A DNA stretch of 58,233 nt, the filler included, from Dugesia japonica (Eukaryota), in NCBI GenBank assembly GCA_001938525.1. It is 4 parts of 4 records of this genome, joined end to end, with 100 filler letters (N's around TTAATTAATTAA, not from the genome) between each part and the next. Parts side by side here need not be neighbours in the genome. Positions count along the whole stretch, not along the records: positions 37,130 to 47,918 come from MQRL01636124.1; positions 48,019 to 58,233 come from MQRL01504011.1; 2 more parts are not named here. One strand, given 5' to 3'. Both the position numbers and the translations under genes were made by a program. This document shows, in pieces, positions 37,130-52,524 of the stretch. Positions within the stretch are counted from its first letter, which is position 1; each line of letters begins with the position of its first letter. Below the pieces are notes generated by a model. It saw only the letters and a list, made by a program, of their open reading frames with translations, had not been told where the DNA came from and ran no database searches.

Positions 37130-38067
37130 AGGTGCATCAATTGAAAAATTACACAATCTTGAGGTATTGTATTATTGTTTATTCTTTCATATTACACTTA
37201 AAAAGCAATATTGCTAATCGGGGAAACTTTAAACTTTTGGTTAATTTAAACGAATTTTGCACTTTAAAATTTTGATTTAAATAAATTAACTCAATCCCAA
37301 CTTTAGCCCCTGCAACACCTTAGGTCAAAATGTTTTCAGTATAATTGATATAAGCAATTCGTCGTTGAATTTTATGAATAAGTGCGGTATTATTTCTAAG
37401 GAAAGAGCGCGCTTATTCTTAAAATATTTCCTGATAATCTCTATAAAAAGTTTAAACCAAAGTTATTTTTATATTTAAAAGCTAAATAAGGAAAGGCGAT
37501 TCACCACCGGTATTAAATGAACTGACAAAAAGGATTTACCTACATGCAAAGTCTAAATCGAATAAAGATATCTTGTTAACTCCTACAATTAACAAAATTG
37601 GTGTTCAGTTTGTGTAATTAATCGCTATTGATTAATGATGTTATTCGTTCTGAAGATCAACGATTCTATAGGAGCAATTTGAATCAGAATTATCCCAAAA
37701 AGACGCTTCAAAATAAAGAAAAATTGAATGACTGCTTTGTTTGGTACGTAAAACGATTACTCTACATGAAAATTCTGTGGAAAAGATAAAAGAAATCTAA
37801 AAAGCGAGTGAAACTACAAACTAACCCTCTGAATGATTGAAACTGAAGAAGATCAAATTGTAACCGAACTAACTAACCAATCAACATGCAAAACAAAACA
37901 TACAAAATAATATTAATAACAATATTAATACTGATGATATCGATTATTCATAAATAATGAAGACCGGATCGGCGCAACAAAGAAATCATCGAAAAATGTA
38001 CAAGAATATAAATGATAATAATAATAATAATTAATAATAATAATATATTATCAGTTTATTTATTAAT

Positions 38068-41591
<3,524 letters not shown>

Positions 41592-42137
41592 TAATTATAA
41601 TTTAAATATTTCAAAGAAACTATAACGATTAAATACAGTAAAACAAACTTTACACTTTAAATTTCATTATTTATTAAATTGAAATTAAAAAACATTATTC
41701 TTCCAGAAAAGTTATCGAAAATTAAAAGTCATTAAGATTTATTAAAATAAAAAATCACAAAGATTTTTAATAATTATATTTTATAAGTCAAAACAATATT
41801 AATAAAACAACGACAGTCTTACTGTTGTGAATAATTTATCAAATTTCGTGCGTTGGATAATAAAAGGAAGCTTTCGTTACATTTACAAAATTTATTAATT
41901 ATGTTTTTTTCAAAATCTTAGTTTGGGAAACGTTGTGACGTTAATTTAGTCAAAAATTAAAATCATTTTGATGAATGCCTCCGTCGGTGGTGGCCAACTG
42001 TTCGTAAATTTATGGGAAATACTTAAAACTATGAACTGATATAACTTGTTCTGAAGTTTCCATAAAAACATAAATATCTTCAAAACAAAAAGTTAAATTT
42101 TAAAAGAAATTATTAAAACATAACTATATTTTAGTAA

Positions 42138-42300
42138 TGTTGGGATTTTATATAGGTTGGTTGGTTTTTTAATNAAGTCAACTGTGGTCGGCTTAGTAAA
42201 ACCCTGCTAAAAATTTAATCTGGTGTCCCCAAAAATCCAGATCTTCAGAATGAAGCGGATGACTCGTAGCCCGTTTTTGAGTACATACTCAGTTAAGACT
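42138..42300. mobile_element. End of the TGTTGGG element family
   Basis: Similar to 15405-15560 (TGTTGGG.TTTTAT.TAGG...TAGTAAAACCC...AATTTAATCTGGTGTC..CAAAAATCCAGATCTTC). Other end not found. Confidence 0.75.
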
Positions 42301-42639
42301 GCGCTCTACTCGTCTAGAGCAAGGTATATGTACACCAGGAATGGAGGATATACTGAACCGAGATATAATAGGTTACCAGAGCACCTACGGTCAAGGAGTG
42401 CTGGGCACGTTTCAAAAGCCCCGATCGGTATGATCCACTCTTATGCATGTCATGTAGCAGGTGCAACTGGGTGTCTTGACTATCCCTTCACCAGAAACGG
42501 TTTTTACTTGATTGTAATTTCCGAAAGCGCCTCGTCACGCAAAAGCAATTCGCTTTGGTAAACTGTGAGAAGCACCTAGCCTGGTCTCATGACAAATTTT
42601 TTTGCTGGTTTGTCCTAACATACTTGCGCATAATATGAT

Positions 42640-43360
42640 TCAGATATTGAAGTGTTTTTAAGATAATTCAAACGTGCAAAATAATAGATTCAAATGATAA
42701 AAGGATTTCACAGTGTTAAAATTTGGATAGCGCAGTATGATTTTCAGATATGAAAAATGATTTCGAGTTTAATTGTTATAGTTAGGTGTTCAGATATGAA
42801 AAAAGATTTTGAGTTTACTTGTTATAGTTAATTGTTCAGATATGAAAAAAAGAGTTCAAGTTTAATTGCTATAGTTGATTGTTCAGATTTGAAAAAAGAT
42901 TTCGAGTTTAATTGTCATAGTTAATGATGCAGATACGAAAAAGGATATCATGATTAGTTGCCATAGTTAAAGTCATGCATAATTGTTCAGAGATAGAAGA
43001 GAATTGAAGTTTAATTGTTTAAAAAAAAGGATTTTTAGTAGTTAAATTCAGAAATAAGTACTCAGATATAAAAAGGATTTAGGTTCAATTGTTTTAATAA
43101 AAAAGGATTTTTCATGGTTAATTTCACGCATAATTGTTCAGATATAGAAAAGGATTTAAGTTTAATGGTTCTTACGAAAAGTATTGTCTCATAGTTAATT
43201 TTACGCATAATGGTTACAAAATAAAAAGGATTCCACGCTTAAAAGCTTTTATAAGAAAGGGATTTTCACGTTTAATTATTCAAAAATTAAAAGCTTAAAT
43301 TCTTTTCATAAGAAGTGAATTTCATAGTTGATTCCGCACATAGCTGTTCAAAGATAAAAT
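42640..43360. repeat. Tandem arrays (~46-bp then ~70-bp units) sharing CAGATAT(G/A)AAAA...GTTTAATTG...ATAGTT
   Basis: Seen directly. Confidence 0.8.
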
Positions 43361-43619
43361 GTGATTAATAAGATTCAAAGGCTTCGACGAGGACGTCGAA
43401 TTTGAACAAACCCGGATGGGGAAGTAACGATAAAATTATCTCCAGGGTATGGCTAAAATAAAATACTTACTGAAACCAAAATAAGGGGATACAAAGATAA
43501 ATAATGAGGTAAAAGCGTATGGTTGGGGATGGAAAAAAATATTGTTACAGGTACAAAGCATTCATTGTAGCAAGCACATTCAAGTCGGAAATCGTTGCAA
43601 CAAATAAGCACTATCCAGG

Positions 43620-46600
43620 TATAAAATTTCTATGATTATAGTGAAAAAGATAAAATCAACTTGGTAGCATTATACCTAAAAGAAAATGCTTTAAAGGTTT
43701 ACCGACAACATAGACAAGAAACTTATGAACCATTCAAGTCAAGGAAGGAAGTCAAAATTGCTGGAAAACTCATCATTATACTAATCAATGTACAATCAAA
43801 TATACTTATTGTAGCATTTGCGGTCGGAAAAACCATCCTATGGATAATTGTTGGCATAGATATTGTAACAAATTCGGTAAGAAAGGTCATCCTGAAAAGA
43901 GATGTCTACTCAGAAGAATCAGAACAGAAGCGGACCAAAATTCAAGAGACAATAACAAAAGTAGCGAAACTCATAGCCAACAAAGTATGAACCAAAGTAA
44001 AGAATCAACAAAATTGTACATGCTAAAAACCAAAGAACCCGAGAGCCTAGGAATTTATGAAGAATTACCAAGGACTCAGTGAGTACAAAAATGTTACAAT
44101 TGCAACAGACAAGGGCACCAAGCTAAGGAATGCCTAACAATAAATATGATATGTTATGTCTGCGGAAAACAGGGGCATATTGCAAGATTATGTCGACACA
44201 GAATAGACATCGCGAGATCAAGGAATGTAACTGAAGTCGGAAGAAGTCGTAATTACGAAGAAAACCATTTTCCAATTAAATATGAACAATGTTACCGAAT
44301 TTGATAAGATAAAGATGATGAAAATAAAAGGAACAAAGAAGTAACATGAATCCTGTCCAAAGAAAACTGCCGGTTACGGAAACAAATGAAATGTAATCAT
44401 CAAAGAATCACTCGACTAAGAGAAGCCCTAGCCGAATTAAAGCTCAATGGAGGAGAAAAGTCACCAGAGGAAATCATGTAAAATGACAATAAAGTAGCCC
44501 CAGAAGATAAAGCAAACACGGAACCTAACGAAGAGGAACAAAATGAGCAAATAGCCGTAATAGAAAGTCAAGATGGTGGATTTAGCCTATCATTAATTGT
44601 ACGAATCAACAACCAACCACTGAAAACACTTTTAGATACTGGAGCATCTCGATCAGTATTGAATATAAAAAATGTATCCTGAAACAAAAGAATAAAAATA
44701 AAACCCTTTACAACCAGAGCAACAGGGATTAACGGGGAAACCGTGCAGATCATTGGAACATTAGAGTGCAATGCACAACTTCAAGAAAAAACCATAAAGC
44801 ACCAATTCCTTGTAACGAAAACCAATGTAGATGCAGTATTGGGAACAGATTTAATGCCGAAATTGTTAATTGGGACAAAATTGGATTTTACTACATTCTA
44901 AATCGAATTGGAAAAACCAAAATCAGAAATGATAAGCATGTTGCAAGTAAGTCCAGAAATCCCTAATTTAAGAAAAGACCACAACCTTTGGGAAGACCAA
45001 TATCAAAATTTTCTAACTAAAAAAACTATGAAAATAAAAACCAGAGATATCAATAACGAATTAGAAACAGAAATAGATTGGGTAAATAAAATCCAGGAGG
45101 TCATCAAAATAATAAGTAAAAATAAACAACTGATTTCAGCCAGAACAACGGAACTAATCGGAGCTCTACATAATTTTAAACCAATGGTTAGTTAAGAACA
45201 CTAAGTGTTATTAGAGGAGTTAGTATATAAACAAGGTCAAATGTTATTAGGTTTAAAACCAGAATCATTTAAAATAAAATTTTTATGGCTTTGCAATAAG
45301 AAAAAACTGATCATATCAGGAGATTATCGCTGGTCTGATATAGCGGAATTGATTAAAAATAACAACCAAGAACCAAGCGAACCGACAGACGAAAAAACGG
45401 AAGAATTATATTTCGGTTCTAGACTTATTGACAGCGAGTCCATGGACCCAATACAATTAGGGGGACTCTAGAAAAATGCTGGAATCAATATATTCGTCCA
45501 AAATAAAGAGCATGGACGAAATAACCGACGTCTAAATCGATTAAAGATAAGCTTGAGGAAGAAAGGTATCCGAGCATTAACATTATTTAACGAACATATA
45601 GTATCAAAGTGGCAAGAACCAAAATTGGCAATGATTAAGAAAACAAAGTATGTAAAGAACAATGAAGTAGAAAAAATACTGAACACATATAAAGACTTAC
45701 TACGAACGATAACTACGCTGATACAAGAATTAAACAAAATCACTCATTAGGTAAGTCTAATACCTGAAGAAACAGAAGAAAAAACCGTGTTAGTAACAAG
45801 GATACTAAAACTCGGAGAACAAGAACGGCGGATCGTTATCAGTATGCAAAAGTGCAAAATAAGTAAAAAGAAGAGACATATAGAAGAAAGTTGTTGGGCA
45901 AATAAAATATGCCACTGCTGTGGAGAAAAGGGGCACATATGGCAAAATTGAAGCAATAACCGGAAAAAGTCTCGCCACAGTAAGGAAGCAGAACAAGAAA
46001 ATATAGTGACCGACTCAATTAAACCATGCATGCTACAGGTGGAAACTGTACAAATAATAGAACCAGATGACTTCACAGAAGTAGTGTCAAAAATGAAAAA
46101 GGCAAGAAAAAAAATTAGAAAAATGAAAAGCAGAAGCCAGCTATCAGAAGTAGACACTCTAAATATACAGTTAGCCGAAATAGACCAAACATATAGCCAA
46201 GAACAAGTAAACTATATAACAAGGTTGAACTCAAATCATGAGTCGAAATTATCGTCAAACAACGTTCTTACCGATCAGATGGACGAACTGTTATGGATAT
46301 TAACGTTACAACTAAAGGAGTTGGAAGAGGTAACCAATGCAGTACAGAAAATATCGGTAGAAACAATAGTAGAAAATTTTCTAAAGTCAAGGCTATCGAA
46401 ATTCAGAGAACAAGAAAAAAGGACGAAATTCGCAATGAAATTGTTGTTAAAAACCTGGAATGAAACGGAAGAACTAATAATGAAACCCACGATACCTAAA
46501 CAAAAAGAAAACTATAAGTATAGTGAATGTGATAAACTTGGTCATCTGGCAACCTGATGTTGGAAAAATAGACTATGCGAATTTTGTGGGGAATCAGATC

Positions 46601-47500
46601 ACCCAAAGAAACTATGTTGGAAAATACCATGCAAATTATGCTGTAAATTAGAACATACAGAGAAACAATGTAAAAAAAGAATCGGATATCGAACCTATCT
46701 TTAGACGGGAGGGTTGGACGAGATAGCTTCATGTGGGTTAAAATGAAAAAATGTGGCCACAAAGGACATACTGAAATAGTATGCCAATCGGACAAACAAT
46801 GTACTAAGTGTAGATGAAGAAGACATCTGGCATAACAATGTGGTATTCCTAGAGGTTTCAACTGTGGTAGAGCCGGACACACCATGAGAAGGTGCCGATT
46901 TAAAGCAAGGAGAGAAGACTTAGCTATAATAATAGATAGATCAAACAAGTTATGTATGTTACAAGTAACCAAGGAAGAGGAAACAGTGCAAATGCCTGAT
47001 ATTTTGAATGAAAACCAATTAATGACACAGGTAGATCAGGATAATCACCGGACAGTACCAGAAGCCTGGCAGAAAATGCTTAATACATACGATGACCGGA
47101 TACCCAGCTTAGAGGAAGCTTTACGGCGGAGTCTAGTGCAATGCCAAAATCTCAAATTTTTAGCAGATAAAGCAATGGGAGAAAAAAGAGATGCAATAAC
47201 ATCGAGGGATACAGAGATGGCCCACCTACAAAGAAGAATATCATTCAGCCAAAACCAAATATCGCGATTAGAAGAGTCATAACATTCAAGCCAAATACAA
47301 TGTCAAAACTTTAAACTATTATTTGAAAAAACCATGGAAGAACAGAGAGCAACTAGTGGAAAATTGTTAGAAATAATTGAGGAAAGAAAAACATTCTACA
47401 AACAGTTAACGGATCAACAACAGAATGGGAAAACCAGAGCAGACGGAAATTTAAATATGAGCAAAATCTATTAGCTTCAAGCTCCAAAACCAAATGATAA
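43620..47500 (+). pseudogene. Degenerate LTR-retroelement gag/protease-like region with about 13 CCHC knuckles and a coiled-coil tail
   Basis: CSICGRKNHPMDNC, CYNCNRQGHQAKEC, CYVCGKQGHIARLC; protease LLDTGAS...VLGTD (~44630-44850); then CHCCGEKGHI, CEFCGESDHPKKLC, FNCGRAGHTMRRC and others. Confidence 0.8.
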
Positions 47501-47800
47501 CGAAATCTGGAACAAAGCGGGACCAACAAAGCCCATTGCAATAATAAGCCCCATCTGGCAGAACCAATCATTCAATGAACAATCAGAAAGCTTGCAATTT
47601 AAAAGATTCTGGTCAAGAAAAAATCAGAGATCCTGAAAATTTAAGTTGAAAAATCTTTATGAGACTCAGGAAAAAGATACAAGGGCTTGAAGGTTGATCA
47701 ATAGGTTTGGAATCNAAAAATATCAACCAATAAAAAGAACTCACATGACGTTCAAGCCAATGGAAACGTCAGAAAAGTCGTACGATTCCAAATAACCAAT

Positions 47801-47918
47801 GAAAGAAATGGGGGAGTGAAGAAAAACCGGTATAAATACCGGCTTAATTTTCACAAAATATATACACTTTTTATCAAGGAAATACGGAAATTAAAACGAA
47901 ATTAACACAAAAGGTGAT
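47801..47918 (+). mobile_element. Possible polypurine tract and start of a 3' LTR
   Basis: GAAAGAAATGGGGGAG followed by TG at 47817 and a TATAAATA; cut by the contig end. Confidence 0.45.
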
Positions 47919-48018
47919 NNNNNNNNNNNNNNNNNNNNNNNNNNNNNNNNNNNNNNNNNNNNTTAATTAATTAANNNNNNNNNNNNNNNNNNNNNNNNNN
48001 NNNNNNNNNNNNNNNNNN
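47919..48018. other. Artificial contig linker
   Basis: N44-TTAATTAATTAA-N44. Confidence 0.95.
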
Positions 48019-48403
48019 ATGGCTTTATAGGGTTTAATTGTGTGTATTTAATAACTTTATTGGGTTTATTGTGTTTATTTAACTATATGTTGAGATTATT
48101 ATATGTATTTAATAAATGTATAGGGTTTATTGTGTGTATTATATGAATATCTTAAATTCTTTGTGTATATTATGTAAATATAGTAAGTTAATTAAGTATA
48201 ATATGAATATATTTGGTTAATTGTATGTGTATTTATTGACTTTATAGGGATTATTATATGTATTAGATGGTTTTTGGGTTTATAGTATGTATTATATGAC
48301 AATATTGAGTTTATAGTGTGTATTATATTACCTTATTAGGTTTATTTGGCGTATTATATAACTCTATAGGGTTTAATGTGTGTTTCTTTAGTGGTTTTAT
48401 ATG
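48019..48403. repeat. Degenerate ~30-bp minisatellite (GGGTTTATTGTGTGTATTATATGA), resuming at 52127
   Basis: The same repeat is present on both sides of the 48404-52126 insertion. Confidence 0.75.
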
Positions 48404-48981
48404 TGTTGGGGTGAAACAACCGGTTATTTAAAAGGAAAAAGAAGACGAAGGATTGGAATTACATAATAACACTGAAAAGGCTGGGGGGGAAAACGAATTA
48501 ACCAAAATATAGAACAAAATCGATAAGCTACTATAATACCTAGGGTAAAGGAAAAAAGCAAGAAAAATGCAGTGATATAATCATTAATTAATATCCGGTA
48601 AATTAACTTTCAAACTTTTAGTCACCTAGTTGGTATTTATTCGATCAACAGAAGAACATTACATACAAACTCAGTTAATATTCATTCCCGTTGCAGCGAA
48701 GAGAAATTTAATAATAAGTAAGCATGCGTGAATCATATTTGTAATTTATTTAATGTATTATGGTTGTTAAATTATTTCTCAATAAAATTAATAATAAAAT
48801 TAATAATAAAATCATTTTTGTTTATTAACTAATTTTTGATATTATTTAGAGAATTATGCCAATCCGATTGACAGCAATTGGGTTGATGATTACTTAGTGT
48901 TTCAATAACACTCTAGGTAGTTGTGAATTTTTAAGTGTCCGCATTTTTGGCTATTGCATTACACTAGTTTGTAACTAATAA

Positions 48982-49599
48982 TCAATTAGCGTTGAACATG
49001 TGAAACCGATCACAATAATCTCCAATCGATGAGACCTGTAAAGTCGTTCCTTGACTAATTGCTATTGCTAATTTTGTTCTCACCTATTTTGTGTTAATGT
49101 CCAGGAACTCAAATAGAGTCATTAAAATTCATACCACCAACCACACCACATCATGGATAATTCACACACGATCTGAATAGCAATCACCGAATGCAGAATA
49201 TAATGTTGTCGCTCTATCCTGGTTGTACAAGACACAGCAACGCAAAGCATACACCACAGCCTTCACTAAAACTGCTATAAGGCATGCAAACCCCATTGCT
49301 GACACAGACACGCTTAATTTGAATGCCGCCGTAATTATTAACGATATAGCACCTATCAGTAGTGTAGTAGTATATTTCGGCATAAGTAACAATGAAATAT
49401 TTTGGGAATATGTTTAACATGAAATAATTTTTATTGTCGGCTTGATCACTTACCAGATTCAGGATGCGTGCTCTATAAGTTTTAATGACGTTGTTGTTAG
49501 GATTGCACTTATGAGTAATATCGTTAAAATCACCATGGCTAACATTACTATTGTGTTATAATTGCATACAGTTTCATGACTAATGCCATCAGTATTCAT
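48982..49599 (-). pseudogene. Putative four-transmembrane protein, decayed
   Basis: One frame from the ATG at 49599 with six internal stops and four hydrophobic segments. Confidence 0.45.
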
Positions 49600-49763
49600 T
49601 ACTGTTGATTTAAAAACCACATTATATTTATATTAATTAATATATATTGATTATTGTTAATGATATAATTTTATCACTATAGAGATATTCCGAAACCCAC
49701 CGTATTATCTAACACTCTCAGTAATACCACAGTGGTTATTTCATTAGACGGAAAATAAGTATA

Positions 49764-50248
49764 ATGGATATCGTTAAGTATGTCGTAATTATTACGATCA
49801 TCATCACGCCTATCATGGTTATTACGTTTCTTATCAGTGTCACCGATGAACAGTTTTTTCTTTTCTTTTATGCTACAGTCATCTATCAATACCAAATTAC
49901 CTGTATTAATACGGATTTATGGGATATCGTTAACGGCAGAGTCACGGCTTATATGATGGCGTTTATTAAATTTTGGGATTGTGCAGGAGGCATAATGAGT
50001 TCCTTTTTGAGTATATAAATTCAGGCAATGCCCGGTGAATTAAGGAAGTCTCTGAAGGTGATATTGAAGCAACGTTAGGCCTCTCGATTAAGGCAATTGT
50101 TGGCCCACTTTCTGACCCGAGGTAAGGGAGAACACCACGACAAAACCGATTAAGCTGGTTTCTTCGAAATGTTCCCACTAAAATTTCAGTTGGACATTGA
50201 CGAAGCGTGACCACATTCCTGCGAAATATAATAACTGACATGCTTTGA
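49764..50248 (+). pseudogene. Putative membrane or secreted orphan protein, frameshifted after 50018
   Basis: Hydrophobic N-terminus VVIITIIITPIMVITFLISV; AATAAA at 50253. Confidence 0.35.
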
Positions 50249-50402
50249 TTTAAATAAAGACGAATAAATAGTTAAATCATCATTCTGGATTTATTTTATA
50301 GTAACTGGCTTATTCTTTTGTTATTTTATTAAAAATTATTTCATTATTTAATTCAGTGTATTTAAATATTGATCATAACTGTCGAAAAATAATTATAGTA
50401 GG

Positions 50403-50810
50403 ATGGAGTACAAATGGGGGGGTACTATTCGACGCACGGGGCGTACGGTGTTTAAAAAATACACCAACCCCCATGACCGTAATGCGGGCATCCTTGTTGA
50501 CTATTCAAATCTGTCTAGTGAAGATGCGGATAATGATAGAGAATGGGCTGCGGCTGAGCGCCAGGACTTTTATCAATGGAGCGGCCCCGATTGCACCCGA
50601 GAGGTGCTTCACCGTGTCACCATCATAGATCCGGTAACTAACCAGGTTACTAGTACTTGGCGGGACGGTTCTGCCTTGGTGCCCGTGCCGGTCGCTCACC
50701 TACCACGGACTACTAGATTCACCACAGATATAGGTAACACTTTATGGGACCTAAGGAATATCTCTAGCGGAGATGAATCGGAAAATAACCCGCCAAACAA
50801 TGATGCTTAA
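50403..50810 (+). CDS. Orphan 135-aa protein
   Basis: Intact ATG-TAA ORF, much more GC-rich than its flanks; acceptor-like TTTAATTCAG at 50356; AATAAA at 50855. Confidence 0.6.
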   Translation: MEYKWGGTIRRTGRTVFKKYTNPHDRNAGILVDYSNLSSEDADNDREWAAAERQDFYQWSGPDCTREVLHRVTIIDPVTNQVTSTWRDGSALVPVPVAHLPRTTRFTTDIGNTLWDLRNISSGDESENNPPNNDA

Positions 50811-51120
50811 AGTCAATGAATGATTTTTTTTACTTGTTGGTTGTTGAAAAAAATAATAAATGTATTAAGAAATTTTATCTTCCCGTTCTTTTAACTGATA
50901 AAGTCCACTTAATTGATTGCGTAATTCTGTTAGTTGATCTTTTTATATTAATTGTTTCAAATTAGTTGAAGTTTTGCTTGTTAGTTAACCACAAATTTCT
51001 ACAATGTATATTTTGCAATGCATTCATCACTGAACAGAACCACGGCTTCGACCAAAAAGATGAGGGATACCAGCGAGGACCAGGAAATGACTTGGGACCT
51101 CTATCGCCTCGCGAAGCGTC

Positions 51121-51354
51121 GCCAATAGTAAGGTACTTTGGTATAAGTAAAAATGCATTGCCTTCAAAAAGAAAGCCGAAGCCTCACACACCCAAGAGAG
51201 AGTGTGGAAAGGGCAAGTTGAGTTCTTCGCTGAAATTATCCGGTTCCACCCTGACCGAGAGAATAAATTGGTCAGCGACATTTTGCATCTCAAGGAGAAA
51301 ATGTCTCTCAAACCTATGATGATAGCTAAAAGCACTCAAACTCCACGGCCGTAG
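51121..51354 (+). pseudogene. Coiled-coil ORF homologous to 27061-27330 (one in-frame stop, probable 5' frameshift)
   Basis: FAEIIRFHPDRENKLVSDILHLKEKMSLKPMMIAK versus MADIIKAYADRESVLIATVRTLTQALKPVSEVAK; AATAAA at 51380. Confidence 0.55.
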
Positions 51355-51561
51355 ATACCCAGTATTATATGACTCTGTGAATAAACATTTCTTTATGTTA
51401 TTGTGACTTCGTTTTCATTCGTCTATTCCTTTTTAGTTAAAATAAAATTGCTGTTATCAAATATTTGGACTAATATAGTTCATTGATGTTTTATCATTAA
51501 TATTTCACTCGTTTCAGTGCCACGTATCCAGTTGCCCCATAGTCTAAAACGATGCCATTGA

Positions 51562-51879
51562 CTAATTCAGAAACTGCTACTTGAGAGACACCTTAAACGC
51601 CAATCTGAACGTGCTTTGCTCCATCATTTAACGCGACGAAATAGACTGATAAAGCGGTTAGACGTGATTGTAAAGAAACAGAATGACTTAGCTGAACACA
51701 CAAAACAGCTCTTGCAGCACAAGGTCGAATTTTTGAAGCGTTACATTACCAACCAGTCGCGCCAACTGGGTAATGCTTCATATCTCAACTGGGATGATAA
51801 CGATGACTTAGTGTTGTTCGACTTTATACCAGAAGACCCGACCCAGTGGTTAGACCCGGGTGCTCTCAATGATTTTTGA
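51562..51879 (+). CDS. Orphan basic/coiled-coil protein with acidic-aromatic tail; start probably frameshifted from the ATG at 51552
   Basis: Frame is open from 51562; acceptor-like CTCGTTTCAG at 51517. Confidence 0.45.
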   Translation, partial: LIQKLLLERHLKRQSERALLHHLTRRNRLIKRLDVIVKKQNDLAEHTKQLLQHKVEFLKRYITNQSRQLGNASYLNWDDNDDLVLFDFIPEDPTQWLDPGALNDF

Positions 51880-52524
51880 ATTATAAAATAATATACAGTA
51901 GTATTAGTAGTTCTTGTTCATTTTATATATATTTTCTTTTGGGAAAATAAGGAACCCGAATTAAAGGTGTACGAGTGAGTACCTCTCCTAAAGGCCAAAG
52001 GTCAACCACTCTGCGCTGAATATCTAATCTAGGGCGCTGGATTTTATTCTTGAAAGGGTACCCCTGAGGGCCGTTTTTCCCCGGCCAGCATCGTTTTTCA
52101 CCATCAATTCAGATGGGACTCCAACATTTGTATTATATGATTTTATTTGGTGTATTGTTTGAATTATAAGAAGCTATATTGTTAATTGTGTACATTTTTA
52201 CTCTATACGGTTTCATGTGTGTAATACCCATAATCAAATAATTATTTCTAATGGTAATAAATTTCAGATTAATCAAATTAATGTGACTACATCTAAGAAA
52301 AAATGAATAAACCTATCATAAACGGTTAAGGGATTTTATATTAATGAATAAAAATTGAGTAATTAAGTAATCTTAAAATATTTATTTCATAAACGTTTTT
52401 CTATAAATCTTGCATTTATATTTAATTATTTAACCTATTCTATATTTTACTGATAATTTTAAAATTAAATTAGATTTCATGCGTATTTTAATTCATGTTA
52501 TATTAATAAAGAAAAAGTTTCGAT

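Larger units (their letters stand above)
48404..52126. mobile_element. 3723-bp TGTTGGGGTGAAA...CTCCAACA insertion carrying mini-genes, giant solo-LTR-like
   Basis: Flanks TATG/TTTG (3/4 TSD match); interrupts a minisatellite; similar size and start motif to 23931-27668. Confidence 0.8.

Noticed and set aside
43661-43672. TGGTAGCA as an initiator-Met primer-binding site
   Set aside because: The match is short, is not directly preceded by an LTR end, and lies within gag-like coding sequence.
50966-51319. 117-aa ORF in the track
   Set aside because: The overlapping frame ending at 51354 shows the homology to 27061-27330, so this frame is probably incidental.
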